24,000 bases of DNA, taken from Dickeya phage phiD3. The stretch is from the sequence record KM209228.1; one strand, 5' to 3'. The position numbers were made by a program, and so were the translations under genes. Position 1 is the first letter of the stretch, and each line of letters begins with the position of its first letter. Below are positions 8,331-16,585 of this stretch, one piece after another. The notes under the pieces are model-generated. The model saw nothing but the letters and a program-made list of their open reading frames with translations. It was not told the origin of the DNA and did no database searches.

Positions 8331-8789
8331 ATGCAATCCATGATCAAACGTAAAGTAGAAGTCTCTCTGAACGCCCACGTCGATATTATCCAGCAACTTG
8401 TTCTGGACGCATATGAGATCCAAAAGGATCGCATGTCTAGGGGTGTGATAGACCCCACTTGCACAGGAAACATTTTGTATTATCGCATGATTCGACAGAC
8501 TGGTCACACTGCAGCGCTGAAGAAGATTCTGTCCTATGATTTCCAGACAGAGAACAACCTCAACATCATGGGCGTCTTCCACAGCGTTCGTGAACGAGAT
8601 TCTTTCTTCCACTCACGCGCAGGCGCGGATGTACCATCGCCCGATGTGGACAAGAAACAGCACACGACAACCACTTCCCATTTCATGGGCACGGGTATCG
8701 ATAAAGCCAACATCATCGTGTTCTCTGATACACTTCATGATCCGAAACGCTTGGCCGCCGCCCATGAAATGTTGCCCACCATCCAGTGA
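8331..8789 (+). CDS. hypothetical protein
   Basis: 152-aa ORF, GAGG upstream of ATG. Confidence 0.75.
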   Translation: MQSMIKRKVEVSLNAHVDIIQQLVLDAYEIQKDRMSRGVIDPTCTGNILYYRMIRQTGHTAALKKILSYDFQTENNLNIMGVFHSVRERDSFFHSRAGADVPSPDVDKKQHTTTTSHFMGTGIDKANIIVFSDTLHDPKRLAAAHEMLPTIQ

Positions 8790-9145
8790 CTACCTATGAC
8801 CATGGCGTGTTTAACTCCATGGAGGGCTATTGGTATTGGCTGAAGTACAGGGATGACAACCTGCGCCTGCTCGATGGTTATGAGGCCAAGCAATATGGAC
8901 AGGGATTGGCGGCCTCCCGCATTGTCATCCTTGACCCATCATCCGAAGAATTCAAGCGCGATATCCTATTCGCGACCAGCATGAAACTCCAGACCATGCC
9001 CGACTTGCTGAAGCTCAGGTTGGCATACAGCCGCCTGCCCCTGATCCATGCATATGTTCGGAACGGGAAATATAGTTTTCAAAACTCTATGGACTATATC
9101 ATTGCCCACATTAATCGTCTCCGCATACAAGGAACTCTGAAATGA
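8786..9145 (+). CDS. hypothetical protein (GTG start)
   Basis: GTG start overlaps upstream TGA (GTGA); ends in an ATGA overlap with the next gene. Confidence 0.7.
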   Translation: MTTYDHGVFNSMEGYWYWLKYRDDNLRLLDGYEAKQYGQGLAASRIVILDPSSEEFKRDILFATSMKLQTMPDLLKLRLAYSRLPLIHAYVRNGKYSFQNSMDYIIAHINRLRIQGTLK

Positions 9146-9723
9146 AATTTATACACACTATCGTCGGCACTTCCTATGATAGCACCGCGCACGAGCCAAA
9201 TCGCTCGCCTGTGTTTGTTCTGAACAAACTGGGTGAAGAGATCTGTGAACTGTCTGATGTGTTTCACGGCATAGCCTCTTCTGAACCGTTGAATGGTGAA
9301 GTTGCTGACGTCATTATCTCTGCCATTGACCTTCTGTACGTCATGGATTTCACAGACCAGCAGCTGCACGGTTGCATGACCAAAGAAGAGTTGATTGACT
9401 CGGTGCAGACGCGTTTGGGGATGCACAGTAATTGTTCACCCGAATATCTTGAAGAAGATTGGTTCCGACTGATTGACCGTGAACCCCAGAAGCATCTGAA
9501 CCTCATCCATCATTACCATGGCCGGATCATCCGATTGTGTAATCAGCCTTATCGCAGTGAAGACGTTCTGGAACGACTTGTTGCTCAACTGATTACACAA
9601 GTCGCACGCATGGCATGCGGAGAAGGGGCGTTGCAGGGGAATTGCACGATGGCCACTCGCATTAAAGTGGAGCAAGCATTTAACCACAAAGTTGAAAAAT
9701 GGCGCATTAAATTTGGCTTATGA
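9142..9723 (+). CDS. hypothetical protein, possible MazG-like all-alpha NTP pyrophosphohydrolase
   Basis: VLNKLGEEICELSDVF...LNGEVADVIISAIDLL resembles the EExxE...ExaDvi motif pair of the MazG-like superfamily. Confidence 0.55.
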   Translation: MKFIHTIVGTSYDSTAHEPNRSPVFVLNKLGEEICELSDVFHGIASSEPLNGEVADVIISAIDLLYVMDFTDQQLHGCMTKEELIDSVQTRLGMHSNCSPEYLEEDWFRLIDREPQKHLNLIHHYHGRIIRLCNQPYRSEDVLERLVAQLITQVARMACGEGALQGNCTMATRIKVEQAFNHKVEKWRIKFGL

Positions 9724-10550
9724 AATACGAAATCATCTTAGACGCTCTCATGCAGAGAGCAATACAGAGAGGTAAAATGGGTGGCGTTTATCAAGAACGC
9801 CACCATATAATCCCTGTGTGCTTGGGTGGCACTAACCACTTCTCTAATCTTGTATGGTTGACACCAGAAGAACATTATGTCGTACATCACCTACTTTGGA
9901 GAACAAAACCACTCAACCCCGGTATCAGGAAGGCATGGACTGGGATGAACAACATGTCTAGGAACAACAAAGAGTTTGGGGAATTCAGGAGAAATAATTC
10001 CACCAGAATGAAAGAAGTGATGTCATCTGATGAACAAAAGGAACGTTGTCGTAAGCAATCCAAGAAAAACTCATTGAACCCAGAAGTACAGAAGAAACGT
10101 GCGGGTAGCTTGAGAGGTTACACTTGGGATGACGAATCAAGGCGCAGGTTGTCAAAATCCAGGAAAGGGATACCACACTCCGAAGCACACAAAACCAACC
10201 TTACCAAATCAGTCACCGAACGGATGAGGCGACCAGAAGAAAGGGAGAGGTATTCTGCTATGTGGCGCCAGAACAATCCCATGAATAACATACAACCTTG
10301 GGAACACCCGACTGTTGTAAAGACGGGTAAATCCCGACAATGGCTCCTGGCTGGTGAATTCTTTGAATGGTGGTGTAGTAACGGTGAAGACAAAGTGAAG
10401 AACCGTTATTGTTTAATGTTGAAAGAAACCGGGTTAAGCTCTGTGTGTTCTAAGGCCACAGCTCAAACTTGTATATCTAAATTTCAGAAAGGTTGGATAC
10501 CAAAAGAAGATCCCGCCTGGTTGAAATTTTACGGAGATAATAATGGTTGA
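9720..10550 (+). CDS. HNH homing endonuclease with NUMOD3-like repeats
   Basis: ERHHIIPVCLGGTNHFSNLVWLTPEEHYVVHHLL core; repeats RRRLSKSRKGIPHSEAHKTNLTKS. ATGA overlap with upstream gene and 8-nt overlap with topoisomerase gene. Confidence 0.88.
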   Translation: MKYEIILDALMQRAIQRGKMGGVYQERHHIIPVCLGGTNHFSNLVWLTPEEHYVVHHLLWRTKPLNPGIRKAWTGMNNMSRNNKEFGEFRRNNSTRMKEVMSSDEQKERCRKQSKKNSLNPEVQKKRAGSLRGYTWDDESRRRLSKSRKGIPHSEAHKTNLTKSVTERMRRPEERERYSAMWRQNNPMNNIQPWEHPTVVKTGKSRQWLLAGEFFEWWCSNGEDKVKNRYCLMLKETGLSSVCSKATAQTCISKFQKGWIPKEDPAWLKFYGDNNG

Positions 10551-12441
10551 TGTAAACAGAAAATACAAAAAGCTCTCACACATCGAGCATATACTCCTTC
10601 GCCCAGAGCGCCATCTAGGGAGTATCCGTTCTTCTGTCGGGATGGCTTGGGTATATGATCTCAGCAAAGACAAAGTTGTGTTTAAAGACAATTTTGAATA
10701 TAACCCCGCTCTTATCAAACAGTTTGATGAAATCATCACCAACTGTGTTGACCACAGCAAGACCCCTGAGGGCAAATCCCTGACGGAAATCACCGTCACG
10801 GTTTCCCCTATGAACGGCCAAATCATCGTTGCCGACAACGGCGGTATCCCTGTGGTCAAACATGAATCTGGTATGTGGTTGCCAGAAATGTTATTTTCAG
10901 AATTGTTTGCGGGATCAAACTTCAACGACGATGACGAGGAGTACAACAACCAGAAGTCCGGTGGCCAGAATGGCGAAGGGGCTTCGCTCGTCAACGTGTT
11001 CTCCAAATGGTTCCGCGTCACGACTAATGACGGCAAGAAGTCTTATGCTCAGACGTTTGAAGACAACATGAGCAAGAAGTCTAATCCGGTCATCAGCAAC
11101 ATGAACAGCCCTGGCACTTCCATCGCCTGGATCCCTGATTATGCTCGCCTGGGCGTCAAGGGGCTTGACCAGAACAACCTGCTCATGATCTACCGCCGCG
11201 CATTCGAAGTCGCAGCGTGTAACCCGCGCCTGAAGGTTGTGCTGAACGGGAAGCAAATCCGGATTGATCGCTTTGGTCACTTCGTTGATTACTTCTACGC
11301 TGGCTCTGCTGTTGATGAAGCCGGGGACTGGTCTGTTGCTGTAGCCCCTTCATCTGGTACGTTCATGCATGCATCATACGTGAACTCAATCGCCACCCAC
11401 ATCGGTGGTCCTCACGTTGATTATGTGGCCGACCAGATCGTGGCCGCGATTCGCCCTCAGCTGGTCAAGAAGTTCAAGACTGAGCTGAAACCAGCAATGA
11501 TCAAGAACCACATGTCGTTGTTCATCTCTGCGGACATCAACAACCCACGCTTTGACAGCCAGACCAAGGAGCGCATGACGACTCCTGTGAGCCAGTTTGG
11601 TACGTCCTACAAGCCCAGCGATAAATTGATACGCAAGGCGCTTGAGTTCGTGACAGCAGGGCTGAGCAAAGAACTGGCGGCGCTGCGCAATGACCAGGAC
11701 GATGCAGAGTTTGAAAAGGCCAAGAAGGATATCAGCAAGCGCGATTATCGTGAGATTGAGAAGTATTATCCAGCGACAGCCCGTGGTGATCGCAGCGGCT
11801 GCTCCCTGCTACTGACTGAGGGTGACAGCGCCTCCAACCCTATCCTGAACGCCCGTGACACCAAGAAGATTGGATTGTTCCCGCTTCGTGGTAAGTTCAT
11901 CAACTGCCTGAACGCCCCGCGCTCAAAGGTGATGGCGAACGAAGAGTTCAAGAACCTGTGTACAATCCACGGCGGCGCAGTACCTGGCCAACCTCTTGAC
12001 ATCAGCCGCTATCCACAGACTGTTGTGGCTACCGATGCGGACGACGACGGCATTCACATCCGTGGTCTGCTGATCACCCTGTATTGCACCTACTGGCCGG
12101 AATACGTCCGCGAGGGCAGGCTGAAGCTCCTGCGCACCCCTTACATGCGCGTGTGGTGTGGTAAGGTGATGCATGAGTTCATGAACAACGCCGAGTATGA
12201 GGAATTCCTGAAGACTCCAGATGCCAAGAAGGTCACGAAGAAGAAATACCTGAAAGGTCTGGGTGGTAACAGTACCGAAGACTTCAAGTGTATTCTAAAC
12301 AACCTGGATGCGTATACTACGACGGTCACGCTGGACGACGACTACAAGCAATCACTGAAGAATGGTTTCAGCGACGAGGCCGCCGATTATCGCAAAACCT
12401 GGTTTAGCGATGTTTGTCTGTTTGACGCAGATGGAGAGTAA
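10543..12441 (+). CDS. 39: type II DNA topoisomerase large subunit (T4 gp39 plus gp60-like, unsplit)
   Basis: GHKL motif (DNGGIPV; GGQNGEGASLVNVFS), Toprim motifs (LLLTEGDSA; ATDADDDGIHIRGL). Confidence 0.92.
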   Translation: MVDVNRKYKKLSHIEHILLRPERHLGSIRSSVGMAWVYDLSKDKVVFKDNFEYNPALIKQFDEIITNCVDHSKTPEGKSLTEITVTVSPMNGQIIVADNGGIPVVKHESGMWLPEMLFSELFAGSNFNDDDEEYNNQKSGGQNGEGASLVNVFSKWFRVTTNDGKKSYAQTFEDNMSKKSNPVISNMNSPGTSIAWIPDYARLGVKGLDQNNLLMIYRRAFEVAACNPRLKVVLNGKQIRIDRFGHFVDYFYAGSAVDEAGDWSVAVAPSSGTFMHASYVNSIATHIGGPHVDYVADQIVAAIRPQLVKKFKTELKPAMIKNHMSLFISADINNPRFDSQTKERMTTPVSQFGTSYKPSDKLIRKALEFVTAGLSKELAALRNDQDDAEFEKAKKDISKRDYREIEKYYPATARGDRSGCSLLLTEGDSASNPILNARDTKKIGLFPLRGKFINCLNAPRSKVMANEEFKNLCTIHGGAVPGQPLDISRYPQTVVATDADDDGIHIRGLLITLYCTYWPEYVREGRLKLLRTPYMRVWCGKVMHEFMNNAEYEEFLKTPDAKKVTKKKYLKGLGGNSTEDFKCILNNLDAYTTTVTLDDDYKQSLKNGFSDEAADYRKTWFSDVCLFDADGE

Positions 12442-12442
12442 T

Positions 12443-13774
12443 ATGACCACCCAAAAAATCAACGTCACGGATTATGTTAATAATGATCATAAATCATTTT
12501 CCGTGTTCAACAGCATCCGTCAAATCCCTCAGCTGATTGACAGCCTCAAGCCAAGCCAGCGCAAGATTCTGTTCGCTGCTCTTGAGTACAACAAGGAGGA
12601 GATCGTTGACCGCCTTGGCATGTTCGCCGCCGCCCGCACCAACTACAAGTCTGGTGGTGAGAACATGAGCGGCACTATCGTGAACATGGCTCAGGGGTTC
12701 CCAGGAACGAATAACATTCCGTACTTCGACCGCGATGGCCAGTTTGGTTCTATCATGGGGCGCGACGCATCGTCTGCTCGTTACATTTCGGTGGCTGTGT
12801 CTGATGTTATCCGCAAGATCTTCCGCAAGGAGGATGAGGGTATCTTGGAATACAACTACCTTGGTGAAGAAAAGCTGGAGCCGAAGTTCTTCCTCCCCAT
12901 TCTTCCCATGTTCCTCGTGAATGGTATTAATGGCATCGGCTCCGGTTATGCCACCGACACCCCGTGCCATTGCGTTAAGTCCGTGCTGAATGCCCTGAGA
13001 GCGCTTCTCCGTGGCGAAGACCCGAAAGACTTAAAACCGTATTGGAACGGCTACAAAGGGGAGACAGGCTATACTGAGGAAGGAAGAGCATACAGTCGTG
13101 GTCTGTTCACTCGCGTCAATGCCACCACCCTCAACATCACAGAAGTCCCTATCGGCTGGTTCGCCAAAACCTATGAGACCAAAGTGCTGTTGCCTCTGTA
13201 CAAGGCGGGTGTCCTCACTGAGTACGCAAACGACACGACGGAGGATGGTTGGGACATCACTGTTGTGTTCAAGCGCGGCGAACTCTCTAAGCTGAGTGAC
13301 GAGCAGGTTGAGCAGATGTTCAAACTGTATTCGGCTAACAAGCCTGTTTGGACTGCTTGGGATGAAGACGGGGTGATCCACCGCTATGCGGGTTGGCAGG
13401 ATATGTTGTTGCCATTCTTCAACTATCGCTTGGCTCGCTACGAAGACCGTCGCCAGTACATGCTGAAGGATATGGCAGACAGGATCCATAAGCTGAACAA
13501 CCGTGCTCTGTTTATCGCATGGGCTGTAGTGACTGACATGCGTCGGAGCCTTGATGAACTGAAGGCATTGTTCCAGACGGACTACCCGGACTTTGATGGT
13601 GACCTTGACGAGTTGTTCAAGATGCCTCTGTCGTCTATTACTCTGGACGCCCGTGAGCGCCTGCTCAAGCAGATAGAGAACCTTGAAGCACAACACAAGG
13701 AATTAAGTAAGAAAGAGGACATCGATCTTTACACTGAAGACCTTGATGACCTTGAAAAGGCTCTTGGCCTATAA
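12443..13774 (+). CDS. 52: type II DNA topoisomerase medium subunit (T4 gp52-like)
   Basis: LKPSQRKILFAAL, GRDASSARYI catalytic-tyrosine region, FLPILPMFLVNGINGIGSGYAT. Start at ATG 12443 directly after the upstream stop. Confidence 0.93.
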   Translation: MTTQKINVTDYVNNDHKSFSVFNSIRQIPQLIDSLKPSQRKILFAALEYNKEEIVDRLGMFAAARTNYKSGGENMSGTIVNMAQGFPGTNNIPYFDRDGQFGSIMGRDASSARYISVAVSDVIRKIFRKEDEGILEYNYLGEEKLEPKFFLPILPMFLVNGINGIGSGYATDTPCHCVKSVLNALRALLRGEDPKDLKPYWNGYKGETGYTEEGRAYSRGLFTRVNATTLNITEVPIGWFAKTYETKVLLPLYKAGVLTEYANDTTEDGWDITVVFKRGELSKLSDEQVEQMFKLYSANKPVWTAWDEDGVIHRYAGWQDMLLPFFNYRLARYEDRRQYMLKDMADRIHKLNNRALFIAWAVVTDMRRSLDELKALFQTDYPDFDGDLDELFKMPLSSITLDARERLLKQIENLEAQHKELSKKEDIDLYTEDLDDLEKALGL

Positions 13775-13778
13775 CATC

Positions 13779-13796
13779 GGAGGGGTTCGCCCCTCC
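13779..13796 (+). terminator. terminator-like hairpin, no clear T tract
   Basis: GGAGGGG TTCG CCCCTCC. Confidence 0.5.
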
Positions 13797-13816
13797 TCAC
13801 CTGCGAGGGTTGTGCT

Positions 13817-14104
13817 ATGTTCTATCTCCGCTCCTGTGCTCCAATCGTGTTCTTCATATTCCTTCTTGACATTCTGATCCCTCGCTTCATCAAAGAAGAG
13901 GTGGCGTTCGGCCTCCTTGGTGAAACAGAAGACCCAGAGATCGATGAATACTACCCAATGTGTGCTCTGAAGGATATCGAGGAAGGAGAAGATGTCGCTA
14001 TGATCGGCACCATGCGTTCTTTCAACCTGTTTGGGTTCGCACTCTTCCCGAAACTGATCGGTGAACTGCGTCCATACGATCCTGAAGCCACTGTAGAGGG
14101 TTAA
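13817..14104 (+). CDS. hypothetical protein with N-terminal hydrophobic segment
   Basis: APIVFFIFLLDILI hydrophobic stretch; ORF between hairpin and next gene. Confidence 0.6.
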   Translation: MFYLRSCAPIVFFIFLLDILIPRFIKEEVAFGLLGETEDPEIDEYYPMCALKDIEEGEDVAMIGTMRSFNLFGFALFPKLIGELRPYDPEATVEG

Positions 14105-14106
14105 TC

Positions 14107-14346
14107 ATGTCACAGCTTCTGAGTCCTAAACTTCTGTCCATGGGCGGTTCCCTATATTTTCACTGCCCTGGATGTAATATGCTTCACCCATACCGCATTA
14201 AGGGCGAAGCCCAAGGTCCGATGTGGTCGTGGAACAACAATGTTGATTTTCCCACGTTCACGCCAAGCCTGCTGGTGGCTTCACTTCCGTCAAAGGCGAC
14301 CCATGGGATACCAGGACAGGGGCTTCCCTACTCACCAAGGGGCTGA
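14107..14346 (+). CDS. small protein resembling phage CPGC...FTPSLL (DUF6527-like) family; possibly truncated by a frameshift
   Basis: LYFHCPGCNMLHPYRI...WSWNNNVDFPTFTPSLLV. A -1 open frame 14247-14450 continues downstream. Confidence 0.6.
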   Translation: MSQLLSPKLLSMGGSLYFHCPGCNMLHPYRIKGEAQGPMWSWNNNVDFPTFTPSLLVASLPSKATHGIPGQGLPYSPRG

Positions 14347-14474
14347 TCGAACCAGCTGGCTCAATGGTTCATGACGGTTCGTACAAGAACTGGCCGAACA
14401 CTGAGGTGACGTTCTATCGCCTGACCGAACTCGGCAAGTCTTACCTCTGAATAAAGATTCAGCGGTTATTGAAG

Positions 14475-14506
14475 AAGGGGGAGTATATACTTCCCCTTAG
14501 TTTATT
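14475..14506 (+). terminator. probable terminator / long palindrome
   Basis: AAGGGGGAGTATATACTTCCCCTT (near-perfect self-complementary 24-mer, one G-U) followed by AGTTTATT. Confidence 0.6.
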
Positions 14507-14520
14507 AAGAGGAACCGGAA

Positions 14521-14835
14521 ATGACCCCATTAAAAGAGATGTATGAGCGCCTGGCTGAACTGCAGGCGAAGGAAAAGCGATTCTCAGAAGAAGAGTCTGA
14601 AATCGCCGAGCTGAACAACCTGATCGCCACTCGCGAGAAGTATCTGCAGCGCTACATCAATCACCCGCCGCGCATGGTAGATCGCGTCAGCACAATCATG
14701 GACCTGGATGAAGTTACTCCTGGCAAAGAAATCATTGTCAGGGAAGTTCATCAGATGGTCGCTATGGGTCAGATCTTCGGTCACGCAGACCAGGACGACA
14801 TGATCTTCCTCCTTGAAAAGAAACTGGTGTTGTAA
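14521..14835 (+). CDS. hypothetical protein
   Basis: 104-aa ORF, AGAGGA ribosome binding site, TAATG junction with next gene. Confidence 0.75.
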   Translation: MTPLKEMYERLAELQAKEKRFSEEESEIAELNNLIATREKYLQRYINHPPRMVDRVSTIMDLDEVTPGKEIIVREVHQMVAMGQIFGHADQDDMIFLLEKKLVL

Positions 14836-15341
14836 TGGCTATCAAACCCCGTATGTTGTTTGCGCATATGCGCTCGGCTCATGCATACGCTCTGTCCAGC
14901 TATGCACAGCGCCTGAAGGTCGGTTGTGTTATCGTTGATGAACAGACTGACCAACCTGTTGCCATCGGATGGAACGGGACTGCTCCTGGCGCTCCTAATG
15001 TCTGTGAGCAAGAAGTGGATGGCGAGTTGGTATCAGTCGGGGTTGTCCATGCAGAAGAGAACGCTTTGATGCGCATCCCTGAAGCATTGGACAATCGTGT
15101 TGATCTGACGATGTTCGTCTCACACAGCCCATGCCCTGTTTGTACTCAGCTGATAATCAAAAGCTGCGCTATCAAGAAGGTCATCTACAATGTACCGTAC
15201 CGGATCACAGACGGCATTATTGAAATGCTGGCTGCTGGCATTGAAGTATACCGCATGGTCGACCAGTTTGCTGTAGTCCAGCATTCTGTGAAGAACGGCG
15301 AACTGGTATCCACCCCTGTTTTAGTGAACCCTGACAAGTAA
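14835..15341 (+). CDS. cd: cytidine/deoxycytidylate deaminase family protein
   Basis: VVHAEENAL and SPCPVCTQLIIKS zinc-binding/catalytic motifs. Confidence 0.82.
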   Translation: MAIKPRMLFAHMRSAHAYALSSYAQRLKVGCVIVDEQTDQPVAIGWNGTAPGAPNVCEQEVDGELVSVGVVHAEENALMRIPEALDNRVDLTMFVSHSPCPVCTQLIIKSCAIKKVIYNVPYRITDGIIEMLAAGIEVYRMVDQFAVVQHSVKNGELVSTPVLVNPDK

Positions 15342-15351
15342 GGAATTTATC

Positions 15352-15759
15352 ATGCGTTATGTAGATCGTATGCTCGGCAAAGACGAGCAAGTTATTGCCT
15401 TCACCCGCCCGACTTGGTGGAGCGGTTTCTGGATGTACGTGTTGGTCGTGCTGCTGTTTGTTCCGACCTTCGGTGTCAGTCTGCTGTTCCTGATCCCGAC
15501 TGTGCTGAACGTCCTGACCACCGAATTCGCTGTGACCAACAAGCGTGTCATCGTCAAGCGCGGTTTCATCCGTCGTGATGCCGATGAGCTGCGCATCGGT
15601 AAGGTGGAGACAGTGAAGGTTGACCAGTCCATCACAGGCCGCATCCTGGGCTTCTCTACCATCAGTGTGATTGGCACGGGCGGCACCCGCCTGCTGGCCA
15701 CGGGTTGTGCTGGTGGTAATGCATTCCGCCAGAAGATCTACGATCACCTGGACGACTGA
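15352..15759 (+). CDS. membrane protein with bacterial PH-like domain (YdbS/DUF304-like)
   Basis: Hydrophobic hairpin WMYVLVVLLFVPTFGVSLLFLIPTVLNVL, then TTEFAVTNKRVIVKRGFIRRDADELRIGKVETVKVDQSITGRILGFSTISVIG, the typical bPH2 pattern. Confidence 0.78.
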   Translation: MRYVDRMLGKDEQVIAFTRPTWWSGFWMYVLVVLLFVPTFGVSLLFLIPTVLNVLTTEFAVTNKRVIVKRGFIRRDADELRIGKVETVKVDQSITGRILGFSTISVIGTGGTRLLATGCAGGNAFRQKIYDHLDD

Positions 15760-15761
15760 TT

Positions 15762-15974
15762 ATGATCACTTCAGGCTACACCATCGATCTATATTGTGAA
15801 TGCTCTGACTGTAAGTCATGCAGCTGGGCTTGGGAAGAGCATCGCCCCAAGTGTGGGTTCAGGCAGTATTCTGGTGAGACTTGGGGTGAGTGTGTCAGAT
15901 TGGCTCGGGCTGATGGTCGGCAAATCGGGCGCGACAGACATACCTGTTACGCCCCTGGCCACAAGAGAAGTTAA
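15762..15974 (+). CDS. small Cys-rich phage protein (possible Zn binding)
   Basis: IDLYCECSDC...CGFRQYSGETWGECVRLARADGRQIGRDRHTCYAPGHKR; starts directly after the upstream stop. Confidence 0.7.
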   Translation: MITSGYTIDLYCECSDCKSCSWAWEEHRPKCGFRQYSGETWGECVRLARADGRQIGRDRHTCYAPGHKRS

Positions 15975-16585
15975 GGTAAGAGCAATCCATCATCCCGCTC
16001 CGTTGGGGCGGGTTTAATCTCCTTCCGCATCTGTTCCTTCAGCACCCTGACACGCTCAGCATGGCGACGGTCTTGCATCTCCATATCCCGTTTCTTCTTC
16101 GACTTCAGCTCAAACTGTTTGCGTACATCAGGATCTTCACCTGGGACGAGGTGCTCTTCAGTCCAGATAATGAACTTCCAGTTCTTCTTGGCGCATAGTT
16201 CACGGGTAGCCTCCCACTTGGCAGAGTTGACCAGCCAGGTTCGCATCGCATTGTTGAATGTCGACTCCTTCATGTTCGGAATCTTCTTCGGCTGCTTGAT
16301 CTGATCCTTCGGCTTTATCTCAATGAGGGTGACCTGCAGTTCCTCTTGCCCTTCACGGCGCGTCCAGACCTTGAGGTCCATGAAGTAACGATGGGTGCGT
16401 CCGTCGACTGGAGACACGTATGGGATTACACAGGTTTCCGAACTCCACTTCACTATTCCAGAATTCGTATCACAGAATTTGAATGCCACCAACTCCAGAG
16501 AAGAGCGGAAGACTATATCCTTTGGGTTCCCGACATATTTGCTTGGGTTGATGGGAACATATTTTCCCTGAAGATATTGGGACAT
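15971..16585 (-). CDS. 4: head completion protein, T4 gp4-like (TnsA-like nuclease fold expected)
   Basis: GKYVPINPSKYVGNPKDIVFRSSLELVAFKF...VKWSSETCVIPYVSPVDGRTHRYFMDLKV...LIEIKPKDQ pattern as in T4 gp4. Start refined to 16585 (MSQYLQGKY). Confidence 0.8.
   Translation of the reverse strand: MSQYLQGKYVPINPSKYVGNPKDIVFRSSLELVAFKFCDTNSGIVKWSSETCVIPYVSPVDGRTHRYFMDLKVWTRREGQEELQVTLIEIKPKDQIKQPKKIPNMKESTFNNAMRTWLVNSAKWEATRELCAKKNWKFIIWTEEHLVPGEDPDVRKQFELKSKKKRDMEMQDRRHAERVRVLKEQMRKEIKPAPTERDDGLLLP
15994..16012 (+). other. hairpin inside the 3' end of the minus-strand gp4-like gene; possible plus-strand terminator
   Basis: CCCGCTCC GTT GGGGCGGG then TTTAATC. Confidence 0.4.

Noticed and set aside
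10829-11071. 80-aa plus-strand ORF in an alternative frame within the topoisomerase large subunit
   Set aside because: Alternate frame of a conserved enzyme, Thr/Ser/Arg-rich, no start context.
15217-15747. 176-aa minus-strand ORF opposite the deaminase and PH-domain genes
   Set aside because: Spans two well-supported plus-strand genes and their spacer; composition looks like antisense noise.
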